Below, piece after piece: positions 52,428 to 64,000 of a stretch of DNA of 64,000 bases. Source of the DNA: Octopus vulgaris. Lineage: Eukaryota. The stretch lies in NCBI GenBank assembly GCA_951406725.2, contig OX597828.1, positions 72,106,001 through 72,170,000 on the forward strand. Reading direction: 5' to 3'. Within the stretch, counting starts at the first letter, position 1. Each line of letters begins with the position of its first letter. The notes beneath the pieces are model-generated. The model did not search any database. It was not told the origin of the DNA and was given only the letters and a program-made list of their open reading frames with translations. Both the position numbers and the translations under genes were made by a program.

Positions 52428-53690
52428 GCATGGCTGGGTGGTTAAGAAATTTGCTTCCCAACAACAGGGTTCCAGGTTCAATCCCACTGCATGGTACCTT
52501 GGGCAAGTGCCTTCTATTATAACCCCAGGCTGACCAAAGCCTTGTGAGTGGATTTGGTAGATGGAAATTAATATAAGCTTGGCTTGTTTTGTGTGTGTGT
52601 TTGCCCACCACCACCACCACCACCTCTACCACTTGACAACCGGTGTTGGTGTGTTTACATCCGGTAACTTTGTGGTTTGGCAAAAAGGGACCAATAAAAT
52701 AAGTACCAGGTTTATAGGTATAGGTCCTGTGGGGTCGATTCATTTGATTAAAAACTCTTTGAGGCAGTGCCCCAGCATGGCCACAGTCAAATGATGGAGT
52801 CTGAAAGATAAAAGCATGGCCGTGTGGTTAAGGAACTCACTTTGCATCTACAAGGTTCTGGGTTCAGTCCCAACCTGCGGCACCCTAGGCTGACCAAAGC
52901 CTTGTGAGTGGATTTGGTAGATGGAAACTAGGTGGAATCCTGTCAAATCTTTTACCATACCAACCCTTTTTTATTATATGTTTAATGCTATTGGACTGTG
53001 GCCATGCTGGAGCACTGCTTTGAAGTGCTTAGCCAAGTACTCATCTTTTAGAACTTGATACTTATTCCATCAGTTATATTTTGCCAAACTGCTAAGTTAT
53101 GGGGGGGCGACATAAACAAACCAACACTGTTTGAACATATGTATACACACATAACAGGCTTCTTTCAGTTTCCGTCTACCAAATCCATGCCCAAGGATTT
53201 GGTTGGCCCAAGGCTATGTTAGAAGACACTTGCCCAAGGTGCCACGCAGTGGTACTGAACCTGGAACCATGTGGCTGGGAAGGAAGCTTCTTACCACACA
53301 GCCACGCTTGAGGGCTTCTTTCAGTTTCCATGTACAAAATCCTCTCACAAGACATTGGTCAGCCTGAGGCCATAGTAGAAGACAATTGCCCACAGTGCCA
53401 TGCAGTGGGACTGAACCCAGAACCATGTGGTTGAGAAACAAGCTTCTTACAACACAGCCAATGTGTGAGTGTGTGTGTTTGTGTTTGTCCCTGCCACCCA
53501 CCATTGTTTGACAACCAGTGTTGGTTGGTAGACATCCCCATAACTTAGCAGCTCAGCAAAAAAGACTGACAGAATAAGTATCTAGCTTAAAGAAATAAGT
53601 CCTGGGGTTGATTTGTTTGACTAAACCCCTTAAGGTGGTGCCCCAGCTTGGCCTCAGTCAAATCACTGAAACAAGTAAAGGCAAAAAAAG
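52428..53690. mobile_element. Cluster of about five CORE-like SINE copies in both orientations
   Basis: Repeated GGTTCA(A/G)TCCCA..CCTTGGGCAAG and the reverse complements CTTGCCCAAGG..GAACC. Confidence 0.85.
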
Positions 53691-54576
53691 TTATACATAA
53701 ATATTGTTTAGTAGCAAGCTGCCCAGCCCTGATTGGACAGATATGTATCAAAAGCATTCCAACCATGACCAGCCTGTCTTTTTTTACAAACATCTGTTTT
53801 AAAGACAGTAGCCTGTTGTTTGAGGAGAGATCTAGCTGTTGTTTCTAGCGAGTTGAATGGCCATGGAGAGGCTGACTTTATTGACTCGTTAATATGAAAC
53901 TCATTTAGGCTGGTGCTTCATCATTTTAATTAAATTGCTGTCTTTCTTTCATGTAATGAGCACGTGCACGAACACACACACACATGCATGCACACACACA
54001 TCATGTACACACACACACACACACGCATGCATGCACGTGTACACACACACATGCATGTGCACACACACACATGCATACACGCATGTGCACACACACACAC
54101 ACACACATGGATATAAATATAGACAAACAGACTCATGCACAAAAGTACATACAAAAATACATACACATACACACGCACACACAGTGGTCTTTAGAATATC
54201 CCTTGAAAGCTTTCCTGCAAGTTCTTGTTGTTGCTTAGCTACAAGAGTCCTAATATGACCACCCTGTTAATATTATATATCAGAGGGGAAGGTGGTGAGC
54301 AGGCAGAATGGTTAGCATGCTGGGCAAAATGGTTAGCGGTCTTTCGTCTGTCACTACATTCTGGGTTCAAACTTTGCTAAGGTAGACTTTGCCTTTTATC
54401 CTTTCAGGATTGATAAATTAAGTACCAGTTACATACTGGGATCATGTGATTGACTAGTTCCCTCCCCCAAATTTCCAAGAGGTAAGCTGAAAATTTTTAT
54501 GTTCGCTGCCCACACAAATCTTTGTCAGGATATATATATATTTGGTAAATGGAAACTGAAAGGAGCCTGTCGTATG

Positions 54577-54681
<105 letters not shown>

Positions 54682-55653
54682 ATGTGTATATGTTTGTGTG
54701 TCTGTGTTTGTCACCCCCCCCTAAATATCACTTGACAACTGATGCTGGTGTGTTTATGTCCCCGTAACTTAGCGGTTCAGCAAAAGAGACTAGTAGAATA
54801 AGTACGAGGCTTACAAAGAATAAGTCCTGGGGTAGATTTGCTTGACTAAAGGCGGTGCTCCAGCATGGCCACAGTCAAAATGACTTAGGCTTTGGTCGAC
54901 CCAAGGCTATAGTAGAAGACACTTTCCCAAGGTGCCACGCAGTGGGACTGAACCTGGAACCATTGTGGTTGGTAAGCAAGCTACTTACCACACATCCAGT
55001 AAGTCAGACTGGTGTCTAGTGCAGCCCCTAAGCTTACCACCCCAGGTCAAACTCTCCAACCCATGCCAGCACGGACAACGGACGTATGATGAAACATATG
55101 TAGCTAACTCTCTATCTATTTATATGTACACATATACATGTATATACGTGTGTGTGTATACTTACACACAAACATACACATACACACACATATACAAACA
55201 AGCACACACACACACACACAGAGTACGATAGGCAAACAGGTATTCATACACACACACACACACTCACATACACACATGCAGACATGGATCCACATGTTGT
55301 ATAATAATAAAGTGATGCATGACAGCAAACATCATTGTTGTTGTTTTTTGTTATTCTTTTTTTGCGACTTCTGCTGACATGTTGTGCCACTTCACTCTGA
55401 GTGACACACTTGTCTAAGTATGTGACACACACGTGACATATTTGTGGGTATATGCATGTATGTACAAGTATGTGTGTGTCTGTGTGTGTGGAGGGCACTT
55501 GTATGTATGTACATGCATAGGTTAGCACATGTGTGTGTGTGTGTGTGTGTGTGTTTGTGTATGTGTGAACTTGTTTCCAGTTTCAAACACCTTTGTGCTT
55601 CCATACGCAAGATACAAATGACTGTTTGTCAACTGTTTTAGCAATCTGACTCG

Positions 55654-55688
55654 GTAAACATCGTTTCCCATGGCAACCATAACAGCTG
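55654..55688. promoter_or_regulatory. Candidate enhancer motif cluster: Forkhead site, RFX X-box and E-box
   Basis: GTAAACA (55654-55660), GTTTCCCATGGCAAC (55663-55677), CAGCTG (55683-55688) in a unique island between repeats. Confidence 0.3.
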
Positions 55689-57227
55689 CAGCATCCATCT
55701 CCTCAATCTCAAGCTTCTCTCCAAAGCATCGACGTGGCAGAAGCGTTAACATCCTGGACAACAAAATGCTTCATGGCGTTTCGTCCGTTTTTACATTGTA
55801 AGTTCAAATTCTGCCAAGATCAATTTTGCTTTTTACGTCTTTCCGGGGTTGATGAAATAAGTACCAGCTGTGCACTGGGGGGGTCGATGTAATTGACTCA
55901 CCCCCACTGCTCTCCTGAAATTGCTGGCCTTGTGCCTATAGTAGAAAGAAATACTGAACTCTTCTCTGAAGAGTTTCAGGTTTCACCAACAATGGTTTAT
56001 ATGAAACGACAAGGGCCCAGGGGAGGTGTGGCAAGATTTGTAACCCTTGATGAGACACGTCCAGCTAAGTAAAACCACTGTCGTCCACACATCCAGGTTG
56101 GTCCTTTACAGGTGCCAGGGACACTTAAAAGGCACCTGTGCCACTGCTGTGTAAGTGCACCTGTGCCAGTTCAGGGCCACGGTCATGCACAGCAGTCACT
56201 GAAACTAAGGACTCGTGCGTTGGAGCAATTGACCTGATGAAACAACACTCCTTTCATCAGTTTCCCTGAGCCTTGATAGCCATTTGTAATTACCTCAGCA
56301 TGTTGGCATCATACCTCCCCATATCTATCCCCTCTGCACCACTTATTCTCCCCCACCCCTGATAACTGAGGGCAAGTCCCTATCCATCTCCAATACCATT
56401 CATTTTCCTCCCTCTCTCTCTCTCTCTAACTATCTATCTATCTGTCTATCTCTATCTCTCTCACTATTTTTCTCTCTAACCCTATTGCTCTGTCCTCTCC
56501 ATTCGTTTCTGGCTAACGTAGCCAAGCATCTCCTCTTTAGTGAGACCCCTATCTCTATCCCATTCTAACGCTAATCTCTCCCTTGGCACAAATCCACCTC
56601 CCTCGATTTCACTCCCTCCCCCAGTTGAGAAGTCTCCATCTCGCAAGTTCCTTGGCAACCTCATTGGTGTTGGGTACCACATAAAAAGCACCCAACACAC
56701 TCTGTAAAGGGGTTGGCATTAGGAAGGGAATCCAACTGTAGAAACCCTGCCAAAAGAGACAATTGGAACCTGGTGCAGCTCTCCAGCCTTGCCAGCCCTG
56801 GTGAAACCGTCCAACCCATGCCAGCATGGAAAACGGACGTTAAATGACGATAATAATGATGATAATTATGTGTATATATCATCCCCATTTAACAGCCATG
56901 TTCCCTCCCAGCTGGCATGGGTTGGACATTTGGGCAGGATCTGATGGGCCTTAAGGACTGCACCATGCACCAACTGTCCACTCTGGAATGGTTTCTATGG
57001 CTGGATGCCCTTCACAGATTTGGCAGGGTTTCCTATAGCTCAATGCTCTTCTTAACCCATAAATACCCCTGGTTGCGTTTTTGCAATGCTAAACCTGCTC
57101 CAACTTGTTTGGACATGAACTCACCAGGAAACATCTAACTGAGCATGCGTAGAGAGTTGACACCCTTAGCATATTGTCCTTCTCTTTCAGATTGTGAAAG
57201 TTTACCATAATGTCTAACCTAAATCTT

Positions 57228-57555
57228 AGACCCCCTTCGGTCATGAATGACCATGAGATTGCACCTAGAAAGTTACCCTCCTAGGCACAAGTCCAGGCAA
57301 GGTTGTTTATGGAAGACCAGCAGTCACCCATGCCTACCATACTCTCCTCTCCACACCACTGATGTTATCCAAGGGAAAGGCAAAGGGGCCAATATAGCTT
57401 GGCACCTGTGATGTTGCAACTCATTTCTACAGCTGAGGGAACGGGAGCAACGTGAAATGAAGTGTCTTGCTCAAGGACACAACATGCAACCTGGTCCAGG
57501 AATCGAACTCACAACCTCACAATCGTAAGCTTGATGCTCTAACCACTGAACCAGT
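57228..57555 (-). mobile_element. tRNA-derived SINE with CCTTGAGCAAGACACTT box; second copy at 61735-62060(-), related head at 46190-46480(+)
   Basis: Shared ggtcatgaatgaccatg..cacctagaaagtt..gaagaccagcagtc..gtgtcttgctcaag..ggaatcgaactcac..ctctaacca. Confidence 0.8.
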
Positions 57556-57999
57556 GAAATTTTAAGACTTCATTTTTTTAAGGGCAAACATGGGTTGATG
57601 CCAACCAGTTTACTGTTTGTACTGGGTGCTTCTCTCGTGCCACCAGCACAAGTGAGGTCACCAGGCAGCAAAATGCATGGGAAAGGGTTTTATGTTTGCA
57701 GATGAGGAATTAAGGTGTGTGTGTGGGGGGGTTGTAGTGGAGCTACATAGCAACTCACATTATATATTGGCGCAGGAGTGGCTGTGTGGTAAAATAGCTT
57801 GCCAACCAACCACATGGTTCTAGGTTCAGTCCCACTATGTGGCACCTTGGACAAGTGTCTTCTACTCTAGCCTTGGGCCAACCAAAGCCTTGTGAGTGGA
57901 TTTGGTAGATGGAAACTGAAAGAAGCCCGTTGTATATATGTATACTATGTATATATATATATCTATATATCTATATATATAAATATATATATATATATC

Positions 58000-58032
<33 letters not shown>

Positions 58033-58749
58033 GTATGTATGTTTGTGTTTGCTCCCCCAACATCACTTGACAACCAATGTTGGTGTGTTTAAGTCCCCAA
58101 AGGGAGTGATAGAATAAGTACTAGGCTTACAAAGAATAAGTCCTGGGTGTTGATTTGCTCGACTAAAGGCAGTGCTCCAGCATGGCTGAAATCAAATGGC
58201 CGAAACAAATGAAAGAAAAAGAGAATAAAAGAATACATGCACACACACACATACACACACACACACACATAAATATATGTGTTGATCCCATTTCAATGTA
58301 TTTTTAAAAAAATATCTTTTAAGGACATGTATCGTCAATTATATTTCAGTGAAAAACAAAAAAAAAAGGTTAACAACAAGTGTAAAAAACTGAAAAGTTT
58401 GTAGCTTTCAAACAAAGAGTCCCTTGTGATATTTACTCTGCACTGAGCCACTGGCACTCCCTTGTACATTTCATTGCAAGAAGTACAAGCTGAGTAACAG
58501 GTCAACTACAAACCGATGGCACTTGTGTGTATCCACGGTGATTTAGAGTAAACAAATAAATGAGTAACAGATACATAGATGTTTGTGACCCGGGTACCCT
58601 GCATGAGTACCCCTGGGTACTGAAATGGAATAGGGCAAACAACAACAACACGCATAACGAAATGTGCCGATGATTATGAGGACGATGATGATGACGACGA
58701 TGATGATGATGATGACATTAACTTAACAGCTGTGTCTCCTTTGACTGCC

Positions 58750-58950
58750 ACGCCACCACCACCGGCACCACCACCGGCACCACCACCACCGGCACCACCA
58801 CCACCACCACCGGCACCACCACCACCACCGGCACCACCACCACCACCGGCACCACCACCACCACCGGCAACACCACCACCACCACCACCGGCACCACCAC
58901 CACCACCGGCACCACTACCACCACCGGCAACACCACCACCACCACCACCT
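58750..58950. repeat. (CCA)n/CCGGCA compound trinucleotide repeat
   Basis: CCACCACCACCGGCA units, preceded by (GAT)n at 58680-58716. Confidence 0.95.
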
Positions 58951-59354
58951 TTCTCTTTGGTGCACTTTAAAGTACCACATGCATCAACAACTGCACACTG
59001 CAGTACCACAGCCACAGACAGTTCATTGAACTGTCACACACACACACACACACACACACGTGGCAGGGAAACGGCAGGTGCAGGACAGGGGGGGGGGGGG
59101 GGTGGACAGCATATTAACAAGCTTTGTTTTTATTTTCGTTTTTTGGGGCATTTTTTTTTTTTGTTTGTTTTATGTTTGTTTCGTTTTTTGTTTTGTTTTG
59201 CTTTGCAATAATCGATGAAGGAAATACCAGATCTGATGCATGAGTCATAACTAAGGGTGGTGGTTGGAGGAGAGAAACAAAGCGGGAGAAGCAGCGGCAG
59301 CGGCAGGAGCAGTAGTGGTGGTCGTGGTGAAGGTGAAGGTGAGATATGGAAAGA

Positions 59355-59562
59355 GTGGCAGTGGTGGTGGTGGTGGTGGAGAGATATACTGTGGGGGTGA
59401 CGGTGGTGATGGTGGTGATGATGATGATGATGGTGGTGGTGGTGAAGGTGGAGAGATATACTGTGGGGGTGACGGTGGTGGTGGTGGTGGTGATGATGAT
59501 GATGATGGTGGTGGTGGTGAAGGTGGAGAGATATACTGTGGGGGTGACGGTGGTGATGGTGG

Positions 59563-59594
<32 letters not shown>

Positions 59595-59637
59595 AAGGTG
59601 GAGAGATATACTGTGGGGGTGACGGTGGTGATGGTGG

Positions 59638-59671
<34 letters not shown>

Positions 59672-59730
59672 GAAGGTGGAGAGATATACTGTGGGGGTGA
59701 TGATGATGATGGTGGTGGTGGTGGTGGTGG
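59355..59730. repeat. Minisatellite, five units of 72-78 bp built from (GGT)n/(GAT)n plus a constant core GGTGGAGAGATATACTGTGGGGGTGA
   Basis: Core recurs at spacings of 72, 75, 75 and 78 bp. Confidence 0.95.
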
Positions 59731-59818
59731 ATGGACAAAGTATTAACAGTTGCAACAGTGGTGAAGGTGAGGGAGTGACGTCAGTGCAAGTGTGTGTGTG
59801 TGCGTGTATATACACACG

Positions 59819-59859
<41 letters not shown>

Positions 59860-59880
59860 CTGTCCATCTACCTATGTGTG

Positions 59881-59921
<41 letters not shown>

Positions 59922-60443
59922 AGTGAGAGAGAGATAGAGAGGTGGTGATGGTCGTGGATGGGTAGGTAAGAGGTGCAGCAAGAATGAGAAAGAGAGAGAG
60001 AGAGAGAGAGAGGCTGCAAATTTTGTTTGATGTGAAAATGGACTTCAATCATGGCTGATGGTATTCGACCTCTGCGCCCCACCCCCAACCTCCCACCCCA
60101 GACCCCTCCCCCCTCCCTTCACTCCCTGTAACTCCTGATACGTCTTGTACACACATACACACACACACACACAGCCGTGCACATACACATAATATGTGTA
60201 TGCAAACTTTAATATGCACCTTTTATGTATGACCCTCCCACTCTGTCTGTCTGTCTGTCTCTCTCTATATATATACACACACACACTCACTCTCATGCGC
60301 GTATATATATTATATAATATGCATGTTAAAGTTCATAAGTATGTATGTATATATATGTGTGTGTATGTAAATATATACACATACATATGAACTTTAACAT
60401 GCATATTATATAATATATATATATATATGTATATATGTATATA

Positions 60444-60518
<75 letters not shown>

Positions 60519-60535
60519 GTATATACATATATACA

Positions 60536-60568
<33 letters not shown>

Positions 60569-63170
60569 TATATACATATATACATATATATATATGTATG
60601 TATATGCATGTGTATGTTTATCACTCTATCTACATATGTATACATACCATACATGCGATGCATAAACATACCGTGGGTGTATACACATACATACACCTAC
60701 ACACACACATATACACACAAACACACACACATATGCATGCACACACACACATGCTCCCCCTCCCGTATGAAATAATCAGTCTGTTTGATGTTTCTTGGAG
60801 GGGAGGGGGCAGTTGGTATTGTGGGTGGGTTTGTGTGTTGGGAGGCAGGGGTGGTAAGAGCAGGTGGGGTGTCAGGGTAGGTAGATGTCTGGGTGGGTGG
60901 ACGTTGGGGTAGAATAGGGGTTTACTGTGAGGTGAGAGTGGGGAGGGTAGACTTCCAGGGTGGCGAGATGTTAGAGGTGAGAATCATCAGAGAAGGTAAG
61001 TTAATGAGCAGAAGGGGTTTCCGGGGGTGGGAAGAGGGACGGAGGGAAGAAAAGAGATCTCTACCACCACCACCACCACCATAAGAGGAGAGGGTAGAAT
61101 GAGGGGAAGGGGGAGTAAAAGTGAAAGAAGCGGGCAGGGGTGAAAAGTTGGTGGTAGAAATAGGTGAGACATTGAGGGAGAAGGAAGACAGAGAGAGAGA
61201 GGGGAGAGGAAGACATACAGTGAGAGAGGGAGAGAAATGGTAAGAGAGACCATGATAAAGAGGTGACAGAGAGAGAAAGAGAGAAGGGAAGAGAGAGAGA
61301 AATAGTGGAAGACACTGACTGCTGGTTGAGTTGACCCCACGATGCACAGCTTTGGGGGTTGAGTCCCAACAAGTTGCAGGGGTGGAGTACAGGGTCCAGC
61401 TAGTCAAAAGTGACCATGACTTCATACAGATATACAAAAGTTATGGGCAAGATTTTTTGGAAGGAAAACTAACAATTATCCAGGAATGGCAGACACTGCA
61501 CTCCCCAACGGCACCAAAAACTCAAACTGTTACCACTTGGCCCCATTGTTGTCACAAATGTTGATGCTGGAACACAAACAATGTCCTTTTGAAAGACGTA
61601 CAATAAATAAGAGAATAATTCTTCATTGTGGAGTGAAGTCCAAGGCAAATGGAGTTGAATGTCTTGACCAAGAGTGGCACAAGACAAGCATTATTGCGTG
61701 TAGATGTGACACTGGTGACCACCACTCCTGAAAGATCCCTTTTGGTCATGAATGACCATGGGAATGCACCTAGAAAGTTCCCCTCCGAGGTACAAGTCTG
61801 GGCAAGGTTGTTTATAGAAGACCAGCAGTCGCCATACCAGGCTCCCTTCTCCATGCCACCAATGTTATCCAAAAGATAGGCAAAGATTGCTGTAGCTTGG
61901 CACCAATGACATCACAACTCATTTCTACAGCTGAGAGAAACTGGAGCAACATAAAATAAAGTGTCTTGCTCAAGAATGCAACACACAGCCCAATCAGGGA
62001 ATCGAACTCACTCCCTCATGATCGTAAGCCCAACACTCTAACCATTGAGCCATGCTCCACCACTCCTAAAGCAGTAATTAATGTCAGATCTAATGCAGAT
62101 AATGTAGCTTTATTTTCATTAATTAAAACTACATCCAGAAGGAAAAGGTGTGGCCGTGTGGTAAGAAGTTTGTTTCCCAACCACCTAGTCTCAGGTTCAG
62201 TTCCACCACGTGGCACCTTGGGCAAATGACTTCTACTATAGCCTTGGAGCCAACCAAAACCTTGCGAGTGGATTTCGTAGATGGAAACTGGAAGAAGCAG
62301 ACTGCATTTAAGTGTGTGCGTTTACTGCCTCCATCGTTGTAAGGGACGTCCTTTGTTTGGAATCTTCTTGAATGTGTTTGGTCAAAGGGTAATATGACCA
62401 CACCTGGAAACAGGCGAGGACTGGCAACAGGAAGGGCATCCAGCTGTAGAAGACTTGCCTCAACAAATTCTGTCAGACTCACGCAAGCATGGAAAAGCGG
62501 ATGGTAAATGATGATGATGATGATGATCTTTGATGAGGAGAAGGAATTATCCGTCCACCAAATTTATTCAGAAGGCATGGTCAGTTAAGGGTTGGAGTAG
62601 GAAACACTTGCCTAAGGTGTCATGAAGTGGGACTGAACTCAAAACCACGTGGCTGGGAACATTTTACCACACAGCCAGGCCTGCACTTCACTGTATGTTT
62701 TTAATGCAGAGAATGTCCTAAGGTATTTTCCCACCACCATCACCATCATGTCAATTCACTGCTCTCCCCTCCCACCTTCTCAACATCACCACCACTACCG
62801 CCGCCACCATCATTATCACCATCATCATCACCATCACCATCATCATTATCATCATCATCATCATCATCACCATCACCACCACCACCACCACCACCGCTTC
62901 ATGCAGCAATATGTAGGAAGGGATTCTCCCATCAACCAACCTGTTCCTCGTGTGACAATATTGAACAGCATCCACCAACATGGCACAGAGTTGGGCAGCT
63001 TCTTGTTCTTCTCCACATTGTTGTCTCTGAAAAACAGTGTCAACAGATAATATACACTATGCATACAAACGTGTGTGTGTGTGTGTGTAGTTGAAATTTA
63101 CAGAAAAACAAAAGATGAAGACAGGTGTATAAACTTTATAAGAGTTTGACGCTTGGGAAAATGAGGAAGG

Positions 63171-63206
63171 CTTTTACGTTTCGAGCCTAGGCTCTTCAAC
63201 AGAAAG
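63171..63206 (-). ncRNA. Minimal type-I hammerhead ribozyme-like motif (A6U) with palindromic stems II and III
   Basis: Minus strand CTTT-CTGTTGA-A-GAGCCtaGGCTC-GAAA-CG-TA-AAAG, in a short element between (GT)n and (TA)n tracts. Confidence 0.55.
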
Positions 63207-63257
63207 GAACACAAAGAAGTAAACAGAGAGAGAATAAAAAAAATTGTGGATACATCT

Positions 63258-63305
<48 letters not shown>

Positions 63306-63459
63306 TTACTTGTCCCATTTTCCATTTTTTTCTTGTTCACATATTTCACTTGTTTTTCCCTCGTTTGTTTTACGTATTTCATGTCATTTGCACTGCTGGT
63401 GATGTCCTGTATGCATATATGCATGTATATACATATATATATATATATATTTATTTTTA

Positions 63460-63840
63460 TGCACCCTTTTTAAGCCTAGCCAGGCTCATGGGTCTGGTTT
63501 CTATAGCGTATAGTTCCCCCACCAGCTGGACAATATGCCAGTCCATCGCAGAGTTACTCAAGAAACAGGAAGAAAGAGTGAGAGAAAGTTGGGGCGAAAG
63601 AGTACAACAGGGGTCACCACCACCCCCTGCCGGAGCCTCATGGAGCTTTTTTAGGTGTTTTCACACAATAAACACACACAACACCCGATCTAGGAATTGA
63701 AACCACGATCCTCTGACCGCGAGTCCGCTGCTCTAACCGCAAGTCCGCTGCTCTAACCGCGAGTCCGCTGCTCTAACCGCGAGTCCGCTGCTCTAACCGC
63801 GAGTCCGCTGCTCTAACAGCTGGGCCATTGTGCCTCCACA
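63460..63840 (-). mobile_element. tRNA-derived SINE with tandemly amplified head
   Basis: Minus strand TGTGGAGGCACAATGGCCCAG..TTAGAGCAGCGGACTCGCGG.. followed by B-box-like GGTTTCAATTCC. Confidence 0.7.
63717..63818. repeat. 20-bp tandem repeat x5 (GAGTCCGCTGCTCTAACCGC)
   Basis: Directly visible; one unit has a G>A change. Confidence 0.97.
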
Positions 63841-64000
63841 CAGACACACATATATATATATATGCATATATATATCATCATCATCATCATCATCATTTAA
63901 CGTCCGCTTTCCATGCTAGCATGGGTTGGACGGTTCAACTGGGGTCTGGGGAGCCCGAAGGCTGCACCAGGCCAGTTAGATCTGACAGTGTTTCTACAGC

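Noticed and set aside
55522-55764. Protein-like minus ORF (EKLEIEEMDAAAVMVAMGNDVYRV) as an exon
   Set aside because: No credible splice acceptor or donor; it begins in a SINE and ends in a microsatellite.
56234-56260. CTGATGA as a hammerhead core
   Set aside because: It is one arm of a simple 9-bp hairpin (CTGATGAAA/TTTCATCAG), with no three-stem topology.
58674-59211. Pro-rich (formin/extensin-like) or Gly-rich protein ORFs
   Set aside because: Pure (CCA)n-derived repeat open in several frames, with no splice signals or flanking domain.
63717-63818. CRISPR-like array (also considered for 18629-18715 and 59355-59730)
   Set aside because: Contiguous tandem units without unique spacers, in a eukaryotic context with no cas genes.

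Overview
AT-rich eukaryotic genomic DNA dense in microsatellites and SINEs. The repeat families look like those of an octopus (octopod cephalopod); this is inferred from repeat recognition. The best-supported gene is the 3' part of a plus-strand gene: three phase-1 exons (2039-2188, 7673-7804, 12719-13731) encoding about 431 aa of an unidentified, largely Ser-rich, probably nuclear protein. It may be followed by a very long (~20 kb) 3' UTR. A possible terminal exon of a convergent minus-strand gene lies at 40290-40420. The rest is transposon debris: CR1-like and RTE LINE fragments, a Naiad-type Penelope-like (GIY-YIG) element, a decayed Tc1 transposase, a deleted mariner-superfamily element, piggyBac-like MITEs and at least four SINE families. 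The most notable unannotated signal is four minimal type-I hammerhead-ribozyme folds (3161, 25873, 36327, 63171), each with one different core substitution and each in microsatellite-flanked, Penelope-like context. Almost all ORFs in the supplied track are microsatellite or SINE artefacts. Repeat boundaries are approximate and were read by eye; no database searches were run.
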